From Phoronis australis (lineage: Eukaryota > Animalia > Phoronida): 64,000 bases of DNA. The position numbers and the translations under genes were made by a program. This document shows, piece after piece, positions 12,594 to 24,698 of this stretch (within the stretch, counting starts at the first letter, position 1; each line of letters starts with the position of its first letter). The stretch spans positions 575,353-639,352 of the forward strand of contig NMRA01000050.1 in NCBI GenBank assembly GCA_002633005.1, written 5' to 3'. The notes below the pieces were generated by a model. That model had not been told where the DNA came from and did not search any database. It saw nothing but the letters and a program-made list of their open reading frames with translations.

Positions 12594-14026
12594 AAGGTTC
12601 CTGAAGTACAACATGCATTTTTAATATAATTTAGTTGATGAATAAAGTTCATATCAAAAATCAAATCTTTGTTCCTCTTTCACATTTTTTGTAAACAACG
12701 TTTTTCCGATGTTTATTCCTATTGGCTAACGCACGTCTGACGTCACTGAGGCTGTACTGTGGGTGAAGGGCAATAAGATAAATCAAGCTTATTATGTATA
12801 TAGCTCATTGAGTGAATGCCTTTCGGCTACAGAACTGTGCTTAATGTGTATAATTCGTATGCGATCTCGGCTCCCAAAAGTTTACTGCAGTGTAGTGTTG
12901 ACTATTAGTGGAACGATTCCGTTCTCGGCAAGGGCCAGAAAGGGCCGCAACTGCATAGCCTTGCCTTGGCGTAAGCTGTATAGCAAATATACAGCGGCCG
13001 TTGCACCGACGTGGGAAAAACTGATCAAATAAAATCTGACACAAAATTAGTGTCATTAAAAATTGCACTCTTCCTTGAGTAAGCTAAATTATTTAATGGT
13101 GTTGAAAAAACTTGGCGTTCTGCCATTCACTCTGCTTCTAAAATTTGGGTGCGTTCTTTAAGGTCGGCTTTCGGCGCCAACACCTGTTGCCTTATTCAGT
13201 TATTGGCCAGTTTCGTTCTCCGAGTTGTTCTTCCAAGTACAACAAGCGATCGAACTGTTCTTCAAAGTTGAGTTCATGTCACAACAAGTTATTAGCGCCG
13301 ATTTCATTTCCTTACACGTTTTTAGTATTTTAATACCACGATACCGAATTTCATAAAAAATTTTGCTCCTGCGAAGCTGTCATCATTTCCCGACAGATGT
13401 CGCAAAATTTGAAGAAATAGCACGTGTTGAGCATACTGTTTTCGTTGTTACAAAAGGCTGAGAATTATGAAATAAAATAACGTTTAGTTGATTGTTTTTC
13501 ACTTAAATGGCTCCAGAGGGCAAGTTTAGTGTCCGTTGACACCCAGAAATTTGCACGCTTCAGTGCCAGTTTAGAGCTCTGCATGTTGATGTAAGTTTCG
13601 CCACGAGGTGACGAACAGAACTACCCGGTGTGTGAAATTTCGGAGTCTAACGGAGCTCAACATAGTGCTACTGATTGTATTTTGAAGATAGTCTTCATAC
13701 AGCTAGCTGGCTGGCTTGGCCCTGGGATGAATCAAAAGTCACAGGAAAGAAAAACGAAAAAGGTTGTGAGTATGCACATGTTGATCTGTCGACTAGACTA
13801 TGTATTCGCACGGCTAATGACCTATATCTCTTTGTGCTGTACAGCCTCAGTGACGTCACGAAAAACAACGCTTGCAGTGGGGCTTTACAGAACTAATAAT
13901 TTTTTACTTTTCACAGTAAAAAAGAAAAATACTGTGCACTATTTAGCAATATGTGGATGCCAGTAACCAACCTTTATACTTTAAAAATTCATATCAAAAT
14001 GCTGAAACATGTAGTTCAGGCCTCTT
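12594..14026 (+). mobile_element. Non-autonomous Kolobok-like element (family E), nested in the P-like element
   Basis: TTAA flanks (12590-12593 and 14027-14030) and imperfect TIR AAGGTTCCTGAAGTACA / TGTAGTTCAGGCCTCTT. 13275-13430 is inverted-similar to 25470-25620. Confidence 0.75.
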
Positions 14027-16082
14027 TTAAGTCCTAACATTTCCAAACTTAAGCCTTTCAAACGAACGTTTATGACAAAAACAAAATTCTTCAACCAGTT
14101 TAATTTGTAAAGTCCTATGCCACCTGTAGGGTACATAAGGAGCCAATCCCACTCCTAATGAAACAAAAGGGTCCCGAGCATAAAGGATACTTGCCCTTCT
14201 GAAATATTACCGTGTTCGCCTTAATAAGCAACCAGGGCGCTTAGAAAAATCCGCTTCAGGAAAGCGGGCGCTCATTATAGCCCAAAAATGGTTGAAACCC
14301 AGTCTCCGAAACAGGTGAAATCGTAAGATACAATTCATCAAATTTACGCTCTGTGACGCATCTGTAACCTATGACAGTTTCTACAAAACTACAGTGTATT
14401 GCTATCAAACTTTGTTGTAAACTTATGAGCACTTTTCAGAAAATCCCACTGCCAAAAATTGCCATGAATACGGTTTCAAGCTCCTCAGCCTGATTTAATT
14501 ATTTATTAATAAACCATAAAAATGGTTCGAAGTGATCAGTGCAATGGGCCCACATGCACTGCCTGCTCATGTCTGGTAAAATGTGTATCATGCAGCTCCT
14601 GATTTAAACAAAGGTCTCGTTTTTTTAATTTTGGTCCGGTATAAATAATGCCACAGACCTGGAAATCCAGTGAAACACTTCTACCTTACAAATCTGACAA
14701 TCCCTAGACTAAGAAAATTGAGCATCTGTCAAAAGATACTAATGATAAAATTCCGGTGATGATAATCACTCACTTTGTTTATTTACTTCACCTACACAAT
14801 TTGATATAGTTGGTAAAATGAAGCCCATTCAAGTAAGTACCATGTGGGTCCCACTGCCAATCCAATATATGATAGAACCCAACAAGCTCAAGCTGCAGTC
14901 AAATCAGGAAGAGCATAAATAAGGAAATTCACTGTATCAACAGATCGGCCAAGTAAGAATAAGATACAAAGGGTTGCTACAGTGCACACGGGCACGATAC
15001 TTGGTCTATTATTTTTCCGCCGTAAATGCATGAATGAATCAGATCACCAATGGCGCAAAGTTTTCGAAAACAGCTCGCTTCTTAGGGAGTCCTGTTACTG
15101 CTCTATTTGTTTTCAAAACTTTGTTGTGTTACATTTTATTTATTTTATGTTCAACTCAATGAAACCACTTAATATGAATGCATTCAACACAATTAATTCA
15201 TTGTAAAAACCAAAAGTTATGCTCTATCAACATTAGACAAAATCAGTACATCCCTTTCTTAAAAAATGGGTTAAAAGTTAGAAACAAAGGACACAAGTTT
15301 CCATCATTTGTACGTCGACTTTTGACATTGATGTTGGGAACATCAGTCTGGAGACAGCAACACGGAATCGTACGAAGGCGATGATTTTCAAAATATGATT
15401 CGTTTTCGTTGTATGTCTTTTTCCCTATGGTTCAGGGTTACTTCTGAAGATTGAATTTTGTAATTAATTACCAGTAGCATTGCCAAAAGAACTCACAATA
15501 CCAACACTTCTACTATTGGAAGATTTTGAACAGCGTTTCAATGCCGAAACTATTATTTTTTTCGTTGTGCTGGACAGTAAAGTAGATGCGAGAATTTCCC
15601 GTCAAAATGCACTAACCGGAAACTGCACCAGATAATTTAGGAGCGTGGCAGCGCCTCTTGGCTAGCACAAAAGTAAATGTCGGAGTTGCGAACCTGTTGT
15701 CTAAAATCTATGGTTACACTATGGTTGACTAGCGGCCCAGTCTGCTACTTGAGTGAGACCGGTGCGTAGACTGTCCGCAACTGACCACTTAGCCTTTATT
15801 CAGTTTCAATGGACTATGGCCAGTTGCTATCAAGCGTAATTTGAACCAGTGAAGACCTCATCAATGACGTCTTTTTCACAAAGTAGGCCCTATATTTTGA
15901 AACTGGTTGCGGGATTTTCAAAAAGGAAGCAGGATTTTTAAACAGAACATGGGACATTAAACAGGACGCGCGTTCAGCCAAACAGGAAGCTGCAACACGT
16001 TTAAAGTGGTGGTGGAGAACACTGGCACCTACTTAGGTCAGTAATAATAGTGTGTCCAGTTTATAGTACTTGAAGTCCATAA

Positions 16083-17720
16083 AGGAGAATGCTACCCGAT
16101 TTAATTAGTCTTGTTTACCGTCTTAATCGGTCTATATCCACATCGCCTCTTATAAGGTCGACCTCACCTTGCCGAGACGTGTCGCGTTAACCTGTGAGGA
16201 AGGTGCAAAACGACGCACCGACGTCAGTGGTTCGTCTGAAGAGTGAATGCCGCTATATTGCAGTGCATCGTTCCGACTTGTCCGAACTATGAAGCTGCGA
16301 AGAAAGCGCGTATATTGTTTTTTCGACTTCCTTGAGAGCCCTAAATGCTTAGGAAGTGGCTTGTGATAGTGAAGAATGAAAGGTACGCTGTTAATACCAA
16401 GTATGAGGCCGTGAAACATCTCCATGTCTGTAGCCGGCATTTCGTCGACAGGGATTTCTCCGACGAATTCCGGCTTACCAAAGAACTATCCATATGTTCC
16501 GTTGCCTGTGAGTGTTCACGGCACATCTCTAGTATTTCTTGATCAGTTCTACCTGATAGTCTGTGAAACCTAATGATCCGACCCTTGAAGTCTTCGTTGG
16601 AGGAGCTCTTGAATTAGTTGACATTGGCGCCGGGCGAGTTCCCATGAAGACGTTTATTATTCTGCATTCTGTTTCGAAATGAATTATTCTCTTCCTAACC
16701 AATGCTTATATGAAACTGGACCAAAGTCTGTCTCATTAGATACAATTTGTAATGCCTTGGAGTGCTCATGAGTGCAAACGTTTTGAAAAGCCAGAAATGA
16801 ATAAACTACTGCATTATGCCGGCTTTTGATGCCGGCAACAAAGGTACGGGCACCGAGGCCATGTGAGCACATTCTAATTCAGTGTTTGCTGACAGAAAGC
16901 TGTTGTGAAACAATGACTCAATTTTATATGCTATTGTCACATGTTAAGGGAATCTTTATTTAGAAAATAAATACAAATACATTATTCAAATCATTATTAC
17001 TGTACAACCTTTGCCCCGACGGTCTGTGGAAGGGGAACCCGACTTCGCACCCCCCGACAAGTCAGTAGATTTTCAGTTCGTGGCTAATTCACATAAATAA
17101 TTACCTGCACATTATTTCTTTGGCTCAATATTATAGTCTTTTCGTGACTGGAGTTTTAGTTTCCAACTCAAGCTGGTTAATGTTCGTGCCAGTCCCGGCG
17201 GCCGCAACGAGCCTGATCAGGTTCCGAGCCACTGGCCGAGATAATAAGCGTTTTGTGTGTTTAGAACTCAAAAAATCACATGTATAAACAACACTAGGTT
17301 CTCCTGTCTGTATTTCACAGAAGAATACTTCGAATTTATCTCCGAACAAACCCCCAACTCCTGCTACGGACCATGGTAAATTGGCGTGCTGAACTTTGTA
17401 GGGTACGGTGTGTCCAAATACCAGTAAATCCATAACAGCGAAATAAAACGAAGTCAGTGTATTTTTAAGGGTTTTACATCGAAGTTTAATTGATGATTTA
17501 TTGGTGTTAAACGATGAATTCAAGCGATAAGCTGACACAACTAACCCGTGTTGTGAACTGCTGAACAGAATGGGTGTGAAACCAATTATGTCATTGGATA
17601 ATTTCAACACCTCCAATTGCCGTCAGGTGTCAGGTAACGCAACCGAATGTGCCGTTACAGAGTACAACTACTTGATCTAAATTGATACAAAATAGGTTGT
17701 TTTTTGGGTGGCATTCTCCT
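16083..17720 (+). mobile_element. Non-autonomous Kolobok-like element, family C copy 2 (inverted relative to copy 1)
   Basis: TIR AGGAGAATGCTACCC / GGGTGGCATTCTCCT, degenerate TTAA flanks (ATAA and TTAG), collinear with the reverse complement of 10058-11694. Confidence 0.88.
16261..16460 (+). pseudogene. THAP zinc-finger remnant
   Basis: QCIVPTCPNY...FFRLP*EP*MLRKWLVIVKNE...HVCSRHFVDRDF: the full C2CH/P/W/F pattern with two stops. Confidence 0.8.
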
Positions 17721-18547
17721 TTAGATTGCATTATGAGATAACCAAACAAGGGCAAATACCCAGTGGTTATTTCTAGTCACCAAATTAGGCAATTGCCACA
17801 AACTACTGAACTGTGTAAAGTAACTTGCCAGGAGGCAGGGGAATTCCCTGCTCATTTTTGAAAGCCAATATCTACCAAGAACCTATTCTGGACTACAGTA
17901 ACTAAATTCCTTGAAAACAACACTAGAGTGCAGCATGAATAAAGTTTCGATATTAGGCAAACATCATCCTCAAGTAAAATAGTCGGACAAAAATGTAACA
18001 GAATGTCCACTTTACATTACAGAGCATGATGCAGGGTCTGTCAACTAAAAACTATCAAATATACAGTGTGTATGCGTCACCATTCGTATATAGTGTCCTC
18101 TCAGTATAGAAGGTTTGCATATGTATAGCTTCAAGTATTATGAGTTTGACATAGTCATTGTTATAATCAAAATCCTTGACCTGATAAAACCCTACTTGAC
18201 GAATATCACACAAGGTGAAAAATTTGGACAATCTTTTAAAACCCTACACTAGTCTCAGAGTAACTGAAATCTCTCTTCAATTCCCCACAACACTTAGAGC
18301 CAACATAGCAATCTGTCCATTGTTCAGTGATTTTAATCAATTCAAAAAATTGCTAAAATGTTCAAATATTTTACAAAAGCGTCGTTTTGATAGCTGTTCA
18401 CTACAAATCATGCTAATGACGATGACAAGTATTTACCCGACGTTTCTCTCAGGAAATTTGACAACAAAATTCCACATGTCCATCATATGATGAGATAAAT
18501 AGAAGAGCTTTACTGCATTTTTTATTATAGCCTTGGCTAGTACCTAC

Positions 18548-18716
18548 CAATGACACAAACTTTACAGCCTTGCACACGAGGATGGGGCAACTGAGTCAGT
18601 GTCTGGAGTTCATCTTTGCTCCAGTCAAAGACAGACACGTCCAAGTAGTCAGGTGTTGAATCCCTGAAGCCAGCAAAGCAGACATGGTAAGGTACTTGAC
18701 GACCTGGGATGGCTGA
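18548..18716 (-). CDS. Kelch-like protein, coding exon 3 (linker and first kelch repeat)
   Basis: Acceptor aattgcag, SAIPGRQVPYHVCFAGFRD...LTQLPHPRVQGCKVCVI, donor G|GTAGGT, phase 0/1. Confidence 0.85.
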
Positions 18717-19079
18717 CTGCAATTAATAGAATGTTGATATAAAGACACAGCCAGACCAAGGCAGATAAAATGACATGAGAAACTTGGCACATTGTGTACA
18801 AAAACTATGATGGACATCAACCCCTGATACCGCACACTGATCTAAGTTTCTTTTGTCCGGACCTGAGCAATGACGGCGTCGAGCATGACTTCAAAGCAGT
18901 AAAACAATGGTTGAAATAACTTCTAAGGTGTAGTAGATAATTAGAGTAAGAGTTGTGACCGTTAACAAAAGACTGTGGGGACGCTCAACACTGGACTAGA
19001 CTGACACATCCACATTTGGAAATCAGACATTTCAAGTTCACACTTACCAAGAGATATTAGTAACCATTAGTCTCGTAAT

Positions 19080-19223
19080 TGACCTGTCACAAGCTCCGCC
19101 CCCTTGGAAAAAGTCGACAGACAAACAATAGGTAAAATGGTGGCTTGGAAACGAAGGTGTGTCAAGACTGACGCCATCCGATTGGTCAGTTAAGCAGTCA
19201 CTCAAAATCCTGGCGATTGGTCA
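19080..19223. mobile_element. 144-bp ISL2EU-like MITE
   Basis: AT|TGACC...GGTCA|AT. Its two halves match the two ends of the 32885-34567 element in inverted orientation. Confidence 0.72.
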
Positions 19224-20845
19224 ATAGCGGAGTTGCAACCGAATTGATTTAACGATTACGCATGTCCAGAAATTATGCTATTGGGATTGATTAGGGTATA
19301 TGGAATGGCCGATTGGTTTGCACGATGTGTGATTTGTGTGTGTTGAACTACGCTGCTGTATGTAATTCTGCCGCTATTCACCCTAATAAGCGCCCATGCC
19401 CCAATAAGTGCCTCAACGCGTTTTCAGACTTTGCTAAAGTAGCCCATGAAATACATGCGAAAAATGCCTTACCTACAGTTCTAACGTCTCCAATTTATCA
19501 ATTGAAAGATCCAACAGTCCTAATTTTGTAGACCACGAGCCTCACCTTTATGTCTGTATACACTTCAAACTTACACCGCGATTCAAAAAGAACGCAAGTT
19601 TTGCTGCTCTTGCGAGGGGTGTGCCCCACTATTCGCGGGTCTGGACTTTGAAAACAGATCCAGCGTACTTGTCAGCGGGATTGCATTGTTTCTTTCAGTA
19701 CAAATCTTCTCCGGCCTCAACAGGAATCCAAACTCCTTTGTACACGTGAAAACCGTGAATCAAAGACTAATAAAAAAACTCGACCAGTGTTAGCACGCGG
19801 CCAAGAAGCGCGCGCTGCATAATGTACCATGTACCGGCTATCATCGAAGACATTTAGTCCATTCATGAAACAGGTAACATAGTATGGGCAAGAAATAAAT
19901 ATTGGCACTAATTTCCGAAAGTTTCTAATACTGTAAAAAACTTTTGCATAATTTTTAAGAGAAATTATTTTAATAATCATAATTGGTGTTTTTAAAGTCA
20001 AAATGACCCACTAATAGTGAACATTCGCACCCTTACACCTCCAATCTTCCGGAAAATAGCTGTTACACTATGGTCACGCATCCACTCACTCGGCGACTCA
20101 ATGAGTGACATATCGGTCTTACCGAAAAAATTCTTGAACGTTTTTAGCAGATGAGGCCAGCAAGTGCTAAGGTAAATATTAAAACACACTCTGCTTGACT
20201 GTTTGAGTTACCTTCTTTGGACACAACGCACACCTAGATCATTACATTGCATTTACTCTTGCAAATGAACTCTCACACGAACGCTTACTCTCACACACAC
20301 GCATACAAACTTCAAAACAAACGTCACGTGACAACAACATGTGTGTTCCTCCAGACATTTTTCTTGTGTTGCGAGTTACAATCTAGCGCAGATTTGGACT
20401 TAATCTGCAGTTAATCCAGAGTCCACAAGAACTTAAAAATCTTAGAGATGCTATTTGGAAAACTTGAGGATTTCAGATAATTTGTTGAGAAGATGTATTC
20501 TTATTCAAGAATTCAAGCCCTATCGACGATTGCGAGACCGGCAGCTACGCATTTGTCGGCGAGATTTCGCCCTGGATTTCAGCACAATTTTCTGAAAAAT
20601 GATCGTAATTTAACAACGAATTTTGATAGCAATGCACCACAATTTTGTAGAAAGTAAATAATAATATTCTGCACACTTTATCTTAGCGCGTTAATGCATG
20701 TAGTGTGCGTACGTTAAGTGAGTCGACCCAGAACAGGTGATTGTGCAGAGGCATTATCCTCAAAAATTGCTCGTGGCTTGCTTCTGGTCAAGCGAAAACA
20801 AGATTTTTTTCACTACCAACTGCCGTGGAGTATTTGTAACTGTTT

Positions 20846-21092
20846 CTTTCAAGGAAAATGTTGTTGGGGAGTTTCCAAGATACATTGTCTTGCCGCCCTC
20901 AAAATGAGCGCTGCATACTTTATGCTACGAAGTCGGAAAGAATTCACTAAGTCGGCCTTTGCTACCAGCTCTACCGATGTGTCTGACCCATGTTTAACGC
21001 AGTTCCTGATCCTTGGGAAACAGGTAGTAACTAAATTCATTATCTCGCTAACTGATATTGTAGCAGCCAGGCACACAACACGTATAACCTCC
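20846..21092 (-). pseudogene. THAP zinc-finger remnant (host element ends not resolved)
   Basis: GGYTCCVPGCYNI...YYLFPKDQELR*TWVRHIGR...*HKVCSAHFEGG...PTTF, with stops. Confidence 0.8.
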
Positions 21093-21416
21093 CTGTGTGG
21101 CCGGTTCGCCCCCACGCTTACCGATGTACTTGTTTACTGACTTAACCACAATGCAACATTCTGACCCATTTCCAATATGGCGGCGTTGCAACTCCGCTAT
21201 TGGCAAAACCAGACAAGAGGAAAGATCAAGGGACGTACCAGTGATGAAGCAACTTGGCAAAGAACAACAGTAACCATACACATCGAAGGTGTTTGATCAT
21301 GAACAGGGGGCTATGACCCCATTTTGTCCACCCAGTCTAACAACAGTACTAATTGGCTTTGGATCAAGAGAACAAATTAGTCCTCACGCTTTGACTTAAG
21401 TATTTCTCCAACATAC

Positions 21417-21557
21417 TTTGTCCGTCAATTCATATGTCTTGCTCAAGACCTCGCTGCATCCCAAGCAGGTCTTGCACAATTCGTCAAAGGCTGGCTTTCT
21501 AACATGGACTAGCCGTATGCATTCAAACAGCCCATTGCGAGTTTCACTGCACGGCGC
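21417..21557 (-). CDS. Kelch-like protein, coding exon 2 (end of BACK)
   Basis: Acceptor ttttttcag, 47 open codons APCSETRNGLFECIRLVHVRK...TYELTDK (FECIRL is typical of the BACK end), donor AAA|GTATGT. Phase 0/0 fits both neighbours. Confidence 0.85.
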
Positions 21558-22192
21558 CTGAAAAAACAATCATTTGATACAGACCGATTCATTCAACAAA
21601 TTGCTCAACTTAAGCAACTCATCCTTAACCTAGAATAAGTATTTGTCACTGGGAACACGAGTTCTTCACCAACTTTAAATTCCTCTGAAACAAGTTTTAT
21701 TTCTAATTCAACCACAAAAGTATGCTTTCATACAGGTTAGATGCTACTATTTACCAAAATACAGTAATTAAAGTTGCCTTATCTTCAGTAAAGGCAAAAG
21801 TATTCAGACAAAATGACGCGGAATTCACCGGCAGAATGGACGGGCAGAGGGTGAAATCACCATCAGAGTAGTCTTCCCTCATGACCGAGAATGAACGGGA
21901 AACTTATTTAGTTTGCCACCTTGATCGTTATTAACAATAACTTTTGTTGTTCACAGAATTAGCTGTCATGCTGAAAGAAACAGTATTTTGTCTGGTTACT
22001 TGCATCTTACACTGTACAATGACTGAAACGCTAGTCTGATTATTTGCGTCTTACAGTGTAAAATGACGCCTATAGGCCTTTCTCAAAATTTAGGCACGAC
22101 TCGCATTCCAATCCCAGAACGAGGCTAGTACTGTTAAGGCTACAAGATGTCGTCTGTTTACAGTCGGAATTGCTACATAAACAATGGCACAC

Positions 22193-23054
22193 CAGTGGCG
22201 GATCTAGGATATCACAAGGGGGGGCCCAACATTTTGTCCGGCTGTAAGCATTTACGCAAACTGAACCACGATTGTAGATGCGCATAGCACCGAATGGGGG
22301 GAGGTCGGGAGGGGGGTTTGCCCCCCCTCACGCTCAGGAAATTTTTCTGTTTTTACCTCTAAAAATCAAGCATTTTCCTTGATTCCTGAAGTATTATTCA
22401 AGAAAAAAAAAAAACTGAGAACGTGTCAAACAGGAAAACTGAACGTGCCAAAGACTTGAACTCACGACCCAGCGGTTAGAGAGCGCGTGCATTACCACTA
22501 CACCACCACGATTTACTTAGTAATCTCATACTAAAAGACCTACTTGTTTATGGTCCACAGCGTTTGCGCGCGAAACCTACTTCTTTTCGTAATGCTTATT
22601 ACACGTTTGATATTTTGTGCCATGAATTCTTAACAAATTTGTCGATTCACTAAGGCTTCGATTAAAATTCACATCTTACCAGCAGCTTCTGTTTTTCATC
22701 GTCACTCAGGTTCCATTCTCTTTAAAAAATGAAGTAAATTTTCTCCATTGTACAGTGGAGCAGACGACGAAAATGGAGTCGTAGTGCGCAGCGCCACTGC
22801 CGGTCGCCTGGGATATCGCGGGAGAGCCTATACTTAGCCATAGTTCCGTAACGAATGCGCAGTGTTCCGAATTTGACACTTGAAATTGGGTTTGAGCCCC
22901 CCCCCCCAAACACTAAAACTGCACACATTTAAATCTTTTTTCATACGTATAATTTTAATTACCGGGGTTAATTAATAAACTCACCATTTCCCTACGCTCT
23001 TACTGTTTTATTTTTTTACGGCAGCCAAGGGGCCCCCCCCTAAATCCGCCTATG
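22193..23054. mobile_element. Non-autonomous DNA transposon with CAGTGGCGGAT-type ends
   Basis: TIR CAGTGGCGGATCTAGG / CCTAAATCCGCCTATG, G- and C-run subterminal motifs, and a flanking direct repeat CACAC (22188-22192 and 23055-23059). Confidence 0.75.
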
Positions 23055-23576
23055 CACACTACTGTCTCTTGTAGCACAAATGACCAAACAAGAAACAAAG
23101 TATTGTCATTTCATCAATTTCATATAAGACAGTCTGTGGCTATTGAAGATTCGCAGATACAATGGGTCAACTTTGCAAGTAAATTATTACACAACCTCTC
23201 AGTTCTAGTCTACTTCAGTGTATCACCAGTGGCCGTGATAACTTTCAAGCACATCATTTCCTACCAGCATTGTGAAGGTGATGATCATCCAGCACAGAGG
23301 TTGTCGTGACAGGAAGTAGCTTAACAGCATTAACCTCACTTTAGATTTCCTCTTAATATTCATGAACTAATATTAAGAAAGGTCTACAAAATCCAGTCAA
23401 ACCTAATCTATTATAAAAGCCTGCACTATGCAAACAGAACAAATTAAATTAAAACTCGAGCTAATCAGCCCACAAAAGTTCGTTCTCAATGTTGGTGAAT
23501 TACTGGCCTCTTAGTAAAACGAGTGCAAGTTACAAACATTCTATACAAAGCATGAAAAGCCAATTAAGATACTTAC

Positions 23577-24158
23577 GTCCCTGTATTCACTGTGTAGCCA
23601 TGACAACGCAGACTTCAAAACATTGTCTTCTGAATCAGCATTGAGTTCAGTTGCACTAAGGAAATCCCTAACACACGACAATGACGCAAGAAGGAAGCCA
23701 TCACTCATGACAACAGAACTAAAGTTGAACAGTGAGAAGGCCTTGGAAGTGTTGTACAATTCATTCAAACAGAACTGATCAGCTAGAGTCATAACATGAA
23801 GACAGTTGTCAGGATCCATGTTCTCTTGGAGATATGAACAACACTGGTTCACCACACCAGTGAAATTCAACATAGTTGCCGTTGCCAACAGGGAGTCCAC
23901 ATTTTCTGAATGAATATCTAATGCATTTTCCATGTCTGTCCTTGCATCAGATTTAGAGAAAGATAGACATTTTATTATAGCCTGTAAAGCCTTTGCAGAG
24001 ACTCCATGTAACGTAATATCTTGAGCATTTCTTTCTTTCATATCACTTTTGAACATTGCTTTGAAGTAGTCGCTATGAGTTTTTAGTAAAAATTTGGAGC
24101 AAATGATTTGCTCGTCTTCAACAACCAAAGTCACTTCGCCTTTGGTCTCAAACGCCAT
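23577..24158 (-). CDS. Kelch-like protein, coding exon 1 (BTB/POZ and start of BACK)
   Basis: The ORF reads MAFETKGEVTLVVEDEQIICSKFLLKTHSDYFKAMFKSDMKE...CCSYLQENMDPDNCL...LNADSEDNVLKSALSWL, a BTB followed by a BACK signature. An upstream acceptor ttttatag puts the exon start at 24197. The donor GAC|GTAAGT follows 23577, phase 0. Confidence 0.93.
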
Positions 24159-24698
24159 TACTGTCCTATTTCCTTCTTCAGCTGGGGAATCACTACCCTA
24201 TAAAATAAAATAAAGTCCTTGAACAATAAAGTGCATCTCCACTGCCACACAATGCTGATTGCAATCTAAGACTGCACTGATTCACTCTCCAGACGAATGT
24301 GACCTCACATCCAATCAGTAATCTCTACAATAGAAAATTCAACCTCAACAGGAATTACAAAATTCATGCTTGTTCAAGAGTCCATGTCAAAACTGAGGGT
24401 AGTTTGGTACCATAACTCCAGTAAAATATCGTAACCTGCACTCAACTGTCAAATCTCCTAATCCTTTAAACTGATTAGGTTTTCAAACTCAACACAAGTA
24501 AGCCAAAATTAATACTCAAGGCAGTGGCAAGCCAAAACAGGATGTGGACAACATTACTGATTTGTTTGTGAACCAGAAAACCAATCAAACGTTGAAACAG
24601 GTTCTGTCAGATTATTTAGAACAGTGGACTAACATTCTTTCTCAACTAAAATAATTTTACACCCAATGCGAACGGTGATTTAGACTAGTATAAATTAA

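Larger units (their letters stand above)
11775..15712 (+). mobile_element. Non-autonomous P-like element containing nested insertions
   Basis: Termini CATAGA...TCTATG with an exact 7-bp TSD GTTACAC (11768-11774 and 15713-15719). Subterminal inverted motif AAATTATCTGGTG / CACCAGATAATTT. THAP 5' remnant at about 12035-12125. Confidence 0.82.

Noticed and set aside
22447-22508. Functional tRNA gene
   Set aside because: The acceptor and anticodon stems do not pair properly and it lies inside a transposon; treated as tRNA-derived.
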